Shown here piece after piece: positions 49,651 to 60,903 of a stretch of 64,000 nt of DNA. This stretch comes from Azolla caroliniana (taxonomy: Eukaryota; Plantae; Polypodiophyta). Position 1 is the first letter of the stretch. Each line of letters begins with the position of its first letter. The notes under the pieces were generated by a model. It worked only from the letters and a program-made list of their open reading frames with translations. It was not told the DNA's origin and did not search any database. Made by a program: the position numbers and the translations under genes. The stretch covers positions 6,324,001-6,388,000 of the forward strand of contig JBHGNT010000020.1 in assembly GCA_043228905.1 (NCBI GenBank), read 5' to 3'.

Positions 49651-49799
49651 TCTCTATCCCTAAAGTATAGACCACTCAACAACCTAGTTCTTTAATTGGT
49701 GGTGGGAACAACCATACTGGTGTTGTTTGGCACCACATGGGTCTCACATTTTTGTAGTGTGAGAAAAGGACCCTTGTTCCAATAGGCGATAAATTTGAG

Positions 49800-50827
49800 G
49801 CGTTGCAATACTGCAACATCTGTCTCACAATGAGAGGAAGAATACAATGCAAGACTCGGATGCAACAACCTCAAGCTCTATGTCTTCGCCAACCGATGGT
49901 TACAATAGAAACAAGTTCTGTTTCTCTGTCGCTCTGTCTCTCTTTGTATCTGTACAACGATAACAACATCTTATATCTAAACACTATTGCCCTAGTTATA
50001 TTTATACTCATATAACTTACGGACTATTTACAAATATGACCTCAACGGTCACGTTGGAACATATTTACAAATATTTTCCTTCTCGCTGGTTCATACCTGA
50101 TCTGGCTGGACTCGTTCCGAATCCATCCGATCCGGTATCTGGATACCTTCTGGTCCGGTTCCTGCCTTCATCCCGTTTGATTCGGCTCGTCCAGTTCTCC
50201 TCCGGATCCCATCTGGAGGGACCTAGTTCCCAACAAACACCCCCTTCACTCCAGCATGGGATGCCTTGTCAGTCTGATTTGTCTCTAGCATACATCCAGC
50301 TTGTCGGTTGACAACACCTTGGTCAACATGTCCAACATGTTCTCCTCCGTATGGATCTTTGTCAATAAGAACTCTTTATCTTCTATCTTCTCCCAGAGCC
50401 AGTGATACATCCTTTGAATGTACTTGGTCCAGGAGTGGTGGGTTGCATTCTTTGCGAGGTGGATGGCACTTTGACTGTCGTAGTAGAGCCGGAATTCCTC
50501 CTGTTGGATCCCTAGCTCTCCGATAAAATCCTTCATCCAGATTACGTATTTACCGGCTTCTACAATCGCCATGTAATCCGCTTCCGTTGTTGATAGTGTA
50601 ACAAACTTCTGCAACCTCAACTGCCACGATACGGCTCCCCTTGCATATTTCATGACATATCCGGATGGAGACCGGCTGGTGTCCGCATCAACCGACATAT
50701 CCGAATCCATGAATCCTTCAAGTTGGGGTTTTCTTGAGCCGAATTGTAGGCACATACTTGAGGTTCCTTTCAAGTACCGGAGTATCCACTTGACCGCGGT
50801 CCAGTGTTCTCTTCCCAGATTTCTCAT
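49800..50827 (-). mobile_element. Ty1/copia remnant O: RT end/RNaseH (50285-50827), PPT and family-L 3' LTR starting at 50235
   Basis: HWTAVKWILRYLKGT, STTEADY, DSQSAIHLAKN. ggagtgaagggggtgtt then tgttgggaac. Left end uncertain. Confidence 0.85.
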
Positions 50828-51744
50828 GTGTGCTAATAAAATAATTGCAGATAGAGGAGAACTTGATTCTGATGAAGCCAGTCAATTCTTAAGTTGGATA
50901 GGGGTCAAGTTATCACTTACAACTGCTTATAATCCAGAATCCAATGGAAAGATTGAAATAGGACATAACCCAATAGGTAAGGCGATCGTGAAAAACTGCA
51001 AAGGTAAACTAAGAGATTGGCTACGCATGCTACCTTATGCACTATGGGCGGATTGAACAATGCATAACTCGGTAACAGGATACATGCTAGTTGAATTGAT
51101 ACTTGGCCAAAAGCCCATCATGCCAATAGAATAATCAATGATGTCATGGACATCTATTCCATGGAGAGAAGAGGTGAGTAGAGAAGAATTGCTTGCTTTG
51201 CGAATTCAACATTTAGTGTGTCGACTTGAAGATATAGAATTAGCAGCCCAACGATTGAAGGAGGCTCGACTGAAGAATAAAATTCGTTTTGATATAACTC
51301 ACTGAATTTGACATAAGAAAATAGAAGGAGATTGGGTGGTTGTGTATGATAGTAGTTTAGATAATTAACATAGCATTGTCCACAAGTTTGCTGAAAGATG
51401 GTTTGGGTCTTACATAGTAAAAAAATTATATGATAACTTTACTTATAAGCTTAGTGAATTGGATGGGACTCCAATCCTAAACGTGGTAGCTGGAAAAAGG
51501 AAAAAAGTATTTAAGAAAAGGTTCAAGCTTGAACCTCCTCTAATAGATCAACATGAATATGAGCGATATTGGCACATGCTAGAGGATGTGCAGGTCTAGA
51601 GCGGGTGGATGTCGTGAAGCAAGAAAGCTTCACATTAAAAGTCTACAATAAGATAAATAAAGATAATATTAAGAAAACACTATCATAATATTATACATTA
51701 TATGAAGAGGCAAATAAAGAAAAATATTGTATTACATAGGCAAG

Positions 51745-51801
51745 AGAAGACTGGAACCAAAAACCTCTACCTTATGAGCCTCAAACCTTACCATTTAACC
51801 A
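51745..51801 (-). promoter_or_regulatory. tRNA-like A-box/B-box module in LTR K
   Basis: Minus strand tggttaaatggtaagg...ctcataa...agaggtttttggttccagtc. Spacing 44 nt, with a Met-like anticodon loop. Confidence 0.6.
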
Positions 51802-52437
51802 ACACTCATGATATATGTAAAAGTATGTGTTATTTCATTTGAGCCTGCATTGTGTAGTCTAAACCATATAATGTACTACATGTGCACCATATAGCACACA
51901 TGCAAGAGCCACACTACATGTGAGCCACATGGCCCACGTGCATAACCATCCTTTTCCTATAAAAGGAGAATGGAGTATAGTAACAGAGATATCAATGAAT
52001 CAATTAGATTGAATAACATTATATTGTATCGGATCAAGTAGAACAAATTTGTAAGAGATTTCATAAAAGAGAAAGAGTGTCACGGACACACCAAGCGCGG
52101 ACTAAGACAGAGCATAGATGATGAGGCTACGACGGAGTGATGACGGAATGACACAAGAGCATAAAGATAGAGATGAAGATTAAGGAGAGAAGATGGGCGA
52201 AGTGAGAATACTAGATTGATATGTCCATGACTGGCGTTGTTCACCTTGAATTCCTTCAAGGTGAACTCAACTATTTATACTAAGTAGCATGCATACCTGT
52301 TGCACGCATGTGATACAATAGAGCATGTAGGCAGTAGGTACGCATGCATGTGCCAAGTGTAAATAATACAAGGGAGAAATTATGCACAAGATGCTAGCTA
52401 AAACCTACAATGAGGAAGTATATACATGATTATATGC

Positions 52438-52503
52438 TAGATGTGTGGTTAACACATAACACTCGATTATAACATCGTCATGTCAAGAGTTCGAATCTTG
52501 ACA
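52438..52503 (+). promoter_or_regulatory. tRNA-like module forming the terminus of LTR H (other copy 53995-54060)
   Basis: atgtgt-ggtta-acacat stem and tgtcaaga-gttcgaa-tcttgaca stem. A-box to B-box spacing 51 nt. Confidence 0.65.
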
Positions 52504-52644
52504 TTATCACCCCTCCAATGATGCCCTTCCAAATCGTTTGTTGGCTTAAGGGGATCTTGCTGATGAAAATCTTAGATCACCTCCATAGTATTTTGTAAAT
52601 CGTAGACAAGGAGGAACCCTTCCACAAGACGAGGTATTTAACGC

Positions 52645-53435
52645 CAACAGGCATGAGCGACCATGTGAGGTCCTCGCCTAGAATTGGAACACAAATATCA
52701 ACGGGTGTGAGCGATCATTTGTGGTCCTCACGGGGAGCATGAACACTAAGGGTCATGAGTAACCATGTGGGGTCCTTGCGGGGAACTGGAACGGTCCTCG
52801 CTGAGAGTTGGAACACAAACCCCAACGGGCGTGAGCAACCATGTTGTCCTCACCGAGAAATGGAACATGAACGAGTGAGTGACCATGTGGCCCTCACCGG
52901 GAACAAGAACACGAATGGGAGTAGTCAACCATGTGTGGTCCTCACCGAGAACTAGAACATGAACAACAACGGGCATGAGGAACCATGTCGGTCCTCACCG
53001 GGATCTGGAACACAAACAATAGTTGGAGTGAGTGACCATGTGTGGTCCTCACCGGAGACTGGAACATGAACACCAACGGGCATGAGAGACCATGTTGGTC
53101 CTCGCCGAGAGTTGGAACACGAACACCAATGGGCGTGAGCGACCATGTGTGGTCCTCACCGAGAACTGGAACATGAGCCATGGGCATGAGCGACCATGTC
53201 GATCCTCGCCGGGATGTGGAACATGAAAAATAACTGGAGTGAGCGACCATGTGCGGTCCTCACCGAAGACTGGAACACGAACGAGAGTGAGCGACCATGC
53301 GGCCCTCACCGCGCACAAGAACACGAACGGGCGTGAGCGACCATGCGGCCCTCACCGGGAACTGGAACACGAACACCAACGGGAGTGAGCGGCCTTGTGC
53401 GGCCCTCACCAGGAACTAGAACACAAACATGAACC
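52645..53435. repeat. Tandem array of ~45-54-bp units (~16 copies) inside H
   Basis: Consensus gtgagcgaccatgtgtggtcctcaccgagaactggaacacgaacaccaacggg. Confidence 0.92.
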
Positions 53436-56302
53436 GGAAAGAAACTAAAAAATAGAGACAATGATGAGGAGAAACTAAAAGCCAATGAAAATGATGAGAA
53501 GAAACTAGGAAATAGAAATGGCGAGGAAGATAGGAAATGAAGCGATGTAGATGATGGTACGGTGACGATGGTAACTCTAGAAGCAAGGGCGATGACGGAG
53601 ATGAGTGATGCTTCTAGTTGGAAGGTGAACAAACTGTCATAGACACACCAAGCGTGGACTAAGATAGAGCACAGATGATGAGGCTATGACGGAGCGATAA
53701 CGGAATGACACAAGAGCATAAAGATAGAGATGAAGATTAAGGAGAGAAGATGGGCGAAGTGAGAATACTAGATTGATATGTCCATGATTGGCGTTGTTCA
53801 CCTTGAATTCCTTCAAGGTGAACTCAACTATTTATACTAAGTGGCATGCATACCTATTGCACGCATGTGATACAATAGAGCATGTAGGCAGTAGGTACGC
53901 ATGCATGTGCCAAGTGTAAATAATACAAGGGAGAAATTATGCACAAGATGCTAGCTAAAACCTACAATGAGGAAGTATATACATGATTATATGCTAGATG
54001 TGTGGTTAACACATAACACTCGATTATAACATCGTCATGTCAAGAGTTCGAATCTTGACATTGAGGGAGAGAAGTTGAAAGCTATATACAATCCTCTAAT
54101 GATAAGAGAAGAACTAGCTTGGCGGTGGTGGTGCTCAACTCGCAACAAAAAGGTGGAGGTTCGAGTTTTATCATCATCAAAAGATAGAAGGGAGGATTGT
54201 GGTCTACGATTAAGAAAGAGATGAGCGATTACCTTGTGAGACAAAGTTCGAAGGTTCAACGATGCTCATAATCATTTTGTAACTCTTTCATCAAATAATT
54301 ATAAAGTTCTTACATGCCCTCAAATATCATTTTACATCTTATCTTGTCATATCTTGTTGATCTTTGTTTACTACATCTCTACTCTTTCGTCTCTTCTGTC
54401 CAGAATCTTAGTGATTCCTTCCTCACTTTCACATTATCTTTTATCTGAGCAACGCTACGCTTCTAAGCAAGCCACGCCATGACATATAGTCGAGTCCGCA
54501 TAGGTGAGGTCCGTGTCGAGCTTAGTATGGCTCATTATCATGATTGATTCGGTCGACTCTTGGGTAAAAGCATGCGAGTGGAAACACTATTATAGCTAAT
54601 TAGCTACCAAAAGGGCCACACCTAATTAGCTATTTGTTTAGCTAGTTTTTTGTGGGAAAATCATAAGGATGGTTTACGAAATTTTATGTGTTATTAGTTA
54701 AATACATGTCATTTTATTTATGAGAATACACAAATATTTGAACTTTGGTTTCTGACTTAGTGGAACTTGGGGAATAGTGCCATCATCTAAGGTCAACTTG
54801 AATGCCATCAAATTCTTGATAATCATGAGTTCAAGTTCGAACTCCAAACAGATGGAGTACTCTGAGCATGAACGCAGACGAAGCTTCGACAACAGCACAA
54901 AAACTCTACGATCGACATTGCACCTTCAGAGCTACAACACACGACCAAGTCGATCCTCGTCCAGGTATGTATTAGTTACATATTAAAAAAACTTTTTTTT
55001 TTCCTTTCTGATAACTGTCTGTAACTTTGATGTCTGTTCATCTTTCCCAAAACTCGAATAAGGTGAAATCATTGGAGTCCAAAACAAGGATGTCTCGAAG
55101 ATCGGGGTGTGGTAGTAGGTGTGTTTCTGATTGACAGAATTTCGTATTACGGTTGATTTCTGCTTTTAGTGATGATTAGGGTTTGTGTTTCCCTTAAGTG
55201 GTTTAGGGTTTCTGATTACAAATTTCAGTTTACAAGTTTCTGGTTACAAATTTCTAATTACAAATTTCAGATTACTGTCGCAATGTGTTGTAATTTTGCA
55301 CCAATTCTCATGACAAACTCTGATTAGGGTTTCTGATTTTTTAAGTGGTTGATTTCTAATATATGTTAAAAAGGACAGATTACAAATTTCAGATTACTGT
55401 CACAAACTTTTGTAATTTTGCACCAATTCTGATTACTGATTTTCTATTTCAGGTGGCTCGTTCCTCCCTATCCTAGAGTGTTGAACTTTGCAAAATTTTG
55501 CGAGACAAAGGAGGACTTTCACAACATATATGGTTTGTCGCTCGAGGGTATTGACCCTGCTGTTCTAACAGATAGATTGATTAGTGATGTAGACTAGATG
55601 TCAGTATATAAAGTGCCTAGAGTGAAAGCCAAGGTCAAGCTAAAGCATGCATGATCGGACCTGTACGATGGCTGCATGAGATTGCACCAGAAAGTACATC
55701 AAGAGATCCGGTCAACAACAAGTTGTCCGTTTCATTTGCTAGAGCTTTTGCATACAAGTATTGCAAAACAATGAAGGAATCTCGTGACCTTGAAATGTAC
55801 AGGGTAGCTCTGGCAATTTATGGTGAGGCATCAGTAGAAAGATGTCGGAAGATGGGGAGTGTCGTGACTCTTGAGTAGGAAGCAGAGAGAGAGAGCGATG
55901 GCGATAGAGATAACGATAACGATAGAGATGGCGAGAGCGGTAGAGATAGCGATAGTGATAGAAAGGGAGTGAAAGATGGAGAGAGTGCGAGAGAGAGAAA
56001 AGTATAAGTGAGAGATAAGAAATGAGAATGCGATTATATTATGAGAAAGAAGATTACAAGGAGTAGGCTAAGGGCTAAAGACTGGTGTTGAACCGAATGA
56101 GTTGTGATGAGTGTATGGACTCTTATTTATAGGCCCTTATGGAGTATTCTAGAATGTTCTAGAATATTTTAGATATTTATGAATAATAATAATAATAAAT
56201 ATAATCATGAAATATTCAAGAACATTCTAGAATAATCTAGAATGTTCTAAATATCTCGTAATAACTAAACATATAATTATTATGATTACATCTCACATAT
56301 GT

Positions 56303-56366
56303 TATTACAATGGTTAAAGTACAATATGTAAACCAAGAGGTTATGGGTTCGATTCCTGGTTCGCCA
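56303..56366 (+). promoter_or_regulatory. tRNA-like A-box/B-box module in LTR I (other copy 61347-61410)
   Basis: tattacaatggtt...agaggttatgggttcgattcc, a perfect B-box. Spacing 44 nt. Confidence 0.78.
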
Positions 56367-56400
56367 AGATGAATGTCATGATAAGCCAAGATGTATGTCT

Positions 56401-59400
56401 TCATGACATTATCCCCCCTTTTCGATGACGAGTTGCACGAGTCGGAAGAAAAGAGTTCAGACTTGGTTTATGAGGATATTGGTTGTGAAATGCAACAACC
56501 ATGTCGGAGGCATTGGCAAGATGTTCGGCAGGCTCCCATGTTCGATCATTAGGTGTATAGCCTAACCAATCAACCAAGTAGTATAGTTTGTTGCGAATGA
56601 TCTTGGAGTCGAGGATAGCGGCAACCTCATATTCAGAGCCATTGGAAACGTCAATTGGAGGTGGGGGAGGTGTAACATGACCCGGAATAGAGCTCGTTGT
56701 GTAAGGCTCCAAAAGTGAAACATGGAAGACCGGGTGAAGACGCATATGAGGAGGAAGATCAAGACGAAATGTCACATCATTGATCTTACCACTTATGACA
56801 TATGGGCCAAAACGTTGATAATCCAATTTGTAGCAAGGTCGGGTCGTTTTAATGCTACCTTGTAAGAGCCATACACGATCGCCTACTTGAAATGTAGTCG
56901 ATGAATCACGCCGATGACGGTCAGCAATCTTCTTTTGAGTGTTTTGGGCTTCACATAAATGATGCAAAAGCATATCCTGAACTTCTTGGAGTCGAGTGAG
57001 CCGATCTTCAGCAGCTGGGTTTTTTGGGAGTTCAGGATGTTCAAGCATCGTCCAACGAGGATGGTACCCAATGTTTGCAAAAAATGGAGAATATCCAGTA
57101 GAAGAATGCTCGGAGTTGTTATAAGCAAATTCTGCCAAAGGTAGTAAATCCACCCAATCATCTTGTTCATAGTTGACAAAACAACGTAGATATTGCTCGA
57201 CTGTTTGGTTGGTGCGCTCACTCTGCCCATTAGTCTCTGGATGGTAGCCGGAAGAGAGTTTACAAGAAGTATGTAAGAGTCTGAACATGTGCCGCCAAAA
57301 TTTCGAGATGAATTGGGGACCCCGATCACTGATAATATCATCCGGAAGACCATGATGGCGAAACACCTCCCGCATGAGTAAATCAGCTGTCTCTTGACTA
57401 GTAATGGTCTTTGTGCATGGAAGGAAATGTGCCATCTTCGTAAAACGATCGACAACAGTGAGAATCGAATCAAATCCCTTGGAAGGTGGAAGATCCGTAA
57501 TAAAGTCCAAGGAAATAGATTTCCATGGGCTCTCCGGAATAGGCATTGGCTGTAATAAGCCATATGGATGATGTCGAGGCTTTTTTGATCAGCAACATGT
57601 ATCACAGCTACGAACATAATCCGTAACAAAATGGCGAAGCCGTGGCCACCAATATCGGCGAGAAATCAACTCAAAAGTCTTGTGGATGCCGAAGTGTCCC
57701 GCCATTGGTGTGTCATGACATTGTTGCATGACTTTGAGTCGAGAAGGACCGTCAGGCACATACAAGAGAGTTTGTCGAAAAAGTAACCCATCATGCCAAC
57801 TAAACTGGGTGTAGTCTAGACGAGGATTTTGAGTTTGGGAGCTAGATGCACGATTTGGGATAATATGGCTCAAAACCTCTTGGGCGAACGCATCAGTCGC
57901 AATCTGCTCACGAATGGAATCAAGAAGCCTTGAATCTCCCGGTGTGTTGATGGTATGCATTGCCATTATTCGTAGACGATCAGGACCTAAGAGGATTTGC
58001 TTTTGGCTTTCAAATGCGGCCTCTCCAGGTTGAAGTTCCATATACGAACGTCTAGATAAAGCATCTGCTTTTCCTTGTTGCATCCCAGGGCGATATAGAA
58101 TTACAAAATCGAAACGAGTTAAGAACTGCGCCCAACGAGCTTGTCGTCGATTCAAGACTCGAGCACTTTGAAAGTATGTTAGATTTTTATGATCATTGTA
58201 GACAATAATCTGCTGAGAAGAACCCTCCAGAAAATGACGCCATTGTTGAAAAGAATCCACAATGGCAAGAAGCTCTTTGTCGTGAATCTCATAGTTGATT
58301 TCTGCGGCTTCAAATTTTCGTGAGTGAAAAGCCACCGGGTGCAGTTCACCATCATCACCAATTTGGGATAGTACACTTCCGAGTGCGAAATCCGATGCAT
58401 CAGCTTCAAGTATAAAGCGCCTCATTGGATCGACATGGATTAAGATTGGTGCGGATGTAAATGCTTGCTTTAAACCCTCAAATGCAGAGTTCGCATCTAT
58501 ACTCCATACAAATGATCGATTCTTGTGCGTCAGTTGAGTGAGGGGCAACACAATTTTTGAATAGTCTTTGATGAACTTGCGATAAAAATTTGCGAACCCC
58601 AAAAAACATTGCACATCTCGCACGGACTGTGGTGTTTGCCAATCCAAAATTGTTTGAACCTTTGATGGATCCATAGAGATGCCATTTGAAGAGACTATGT
58701 ACCCCAAAAACTCCACTTGACGTTGGTCGAAACTACACTTCTCCAATTTTGCATAGAGACCATACTCTCGTAGCCGTTGCAAAACTTGGCGAACATGTAT
58801 ATCATGTTCTTCTTGAGTTTTTGAGTAGATCAAGATATCATCCAGGTAAACAATGATGAAGATATCGAGGAAGTCTCGAAAAATATCATTCGCCATATGT
58901 TGGAAGACTGCTGGTGCATTCGTGAGGCCAAAAGGCATCACTGTGTACTCAAAATGACCATAGCGAGTGCGGAACGCCGTCTTCCATTCATCCCCAGGAC
59001 GAATTCGAACAAGGTTGTAGGCACCTCGAAGATCTAACTTCGTGAAATACTTTGCTTCACTGAGGCGTTCTAGAAGGCTTGAGATCAATGGGAGAGCATA
59101 TCGGTTTCTAACGGTCACTTTATTCAAGCCTCGATAATCCACGACCATACGAAGCATACCATCTTTCTTCTTAACGAAAAAGATGGGTGCACTAGCAGGA
59201 GATTTTGAATGTTGGATAAAACCATTTGCCAAGTTCTCATTGATATATTCTCGAAGAACCTCTAACTCCGTGGGCGAAAGATTATAAATTGGTCCCCATG
59301 GAGGCTCTTTTCCTGGCTGCAAATCAATTGGGCAATCATATGGTCGATGCTCTGGTAGTCTATTAGCCTTCACCTTATCGAACACATCGGAGAATTCTAT

Positions 59401-60006
59401 GTACTTCTTTGGTAGTTGGACCCCCAATTCTTGTGAGCTAGATGAGGGAGTTGCTAAAACCGCAAATACCATCATGTCTTCCTTTCTTCCATCCTCTCGT
59501 AATTGATGTATAGAGATTGTTGAAATTGTGGGGGATCCTAGATCCTTAGTTGGAGCTTCAAGAGACTTGGATTGTACGGTGACCTCTTCAATAGTTCTTT
59601 TTCTCCAATCAATGGTTGGGTTATGTAACTCAAACCAAGGAAGACCAAGAACTAGAGAGTGCTCCGGACTACTAATGATGTTAAATGAGATGACACTAGC
59701 CAAATTACCTAGGACTACACGAATTGGTTCAGACTCTTCGACTATATCTCCTGATGCTATAGGGCGACCATCGATGACTCCTACAGCTACTGGGTTTGGG
59801 AGTTTTTTCAAGATGATGTTTTGAGTCAATGCAAACTCGCGATCCATGAAACAAGAATTGGCTCCGGAATCTAGGAGGGCAAAGGCTAGGGCGCGATGAC
59901 CTGTAGATGTGCTAAGCTCGACTTGTGCAGAAAAAACTCTACTAACTTGATTTGATGAAATGGAACCACAACTAGGTACTGACTCTACATAACTAGGATG
60001 GTCCAA
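56401..60006 (-). pseudogene. pol: Pol of element I (PR-RT-RH-INT-chromodomain), one premature TGA at 57589-57591
   Basis: LLDSGA, VDYRGLN, YLDD, EADASD, SLDFI, SDRG, NGQSE, YEVAAILDS...YYLVDWLGY...TWEP. Confidence 0.94.
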
Positions 60007-60032
60007 CCAAATGGCTCCTATTTTGGCCGGAC

Positions 60033-60903
60033 TTATTCGTTTAACACATCCTCTAATTGACTCAAGACATCAAATCTATTCTCATGGCATGGGCTAGTAG
60101 GCTTAGTACTTAAGTTATTAGAAGTGATAGTAGAACTTGATGTAGGGTTGTCATGTGCACTTACTTGGTAAACTTGACGCCTGGGTTTATGTGGACAATT
60201 CACAGCTATATGTCCTGGACCACCACAGTAGAGGCATAGGCGATGCGCCCGACGTCGTTGTTTCTCAGCATCTGATAAGGGCCCTCGACGTTGTGTCGAC
60301 TCTATTTCCATCGGAGTGGGACCATCCCTCGTAACGGGTCTAGAACCTTGTGGCGGTGTGGCGACTATAGAAGCGTATGTCTGTTCCGGTTGGCGGCGTA
60401 ACATTTGTTGACGTTCAGAACGTCGCTCAAATAGGCGATTATCACATCGCACAGCTCGGCTAATAGCTTCAGTAAGAGACTTTGGATCTTCATGGAAAGT
60501 AAGAAGAAGATCTTTGACATCGTTACGCAAACCCTGACGGAATTGATCCATTAAGGTTGCCTCATCCCAAGGGATGTCGCATGCCAAGAGACGGAAATCT
60601 GCGGCATAAGCTGAAGCGGGACGATCTCCTTGTCGGAGTCTTCGAATCTTGTTTATTGCAGTCCTAGTGCTATCCGTATCTCCAAAACTAGCTTGAAACT
60701 CCTTAACGAATGCCTCGAAATCCTCCAGTAATGGTGATTTCTTCTCAAGAAGTGGTGCAAACCATGCTAACGCTGTACCGCTTAGCAAGGTTCCTATTAA
60801 TCCCACACGGGCAGCATCAGTTGGATACCAATTGGGATGTAACTGAATCACCAAACGAACTTGATTCAGGAAACCTCGAAAGAGAGATCTGGTACCATCA
60901 AAC
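60033..60903 (-). pseudogene. gag: 5'-truncated gag of element I
   Basis: Begins mid-protein at FDGTRS right after the LTR. LRQG, PTPMEI, CLYCGGPGHIAVNC. Confidence 0.92.

Larger units (their letters stand above)
52078..54060 (-). mobile_element. Element H: 2-kb non-autonomous, self-priming chromovirus derivative
   Basis: 426-bp LTRs (52078-52503, 53635-54060). PPT ggaggggtgataa. 11-nt self-complementary PBS. Chromodomain relic KYLVLWKG near 52640. Confidence 0.9.
50828..54484 (+). mobile_element. Element K: decayed D-like integrase + 3' LTR (51610-52077 and probably 54061-54484), interrupted by H
   Basis: IIADRGELD...AYNPESNGKIE...YALWAD. Hairpin and PPT, then tgtcgtg. Probable end at atgaca 54484. 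Confidence 0.75.

Noticed and set aside
52645-53435. CRISPR-like repeat array
   Set aside because: Units are contiguous degenerate tandem repeats without unique spacers, there are no cas genes, and the array lies inside a eukaryotic LTR element.
52073-54065. TSD for element H
   Set aside because: Flanks aagag and ttgag match only 3 of 5 positions, so no TSD is claimed.
56295-56370. Functional tRNA genes in LTRs
   Set aside because: Acceptor and anticodon stems do not pair and the nearby cca is out of register. Reported only as tRNA-like promoter modules.
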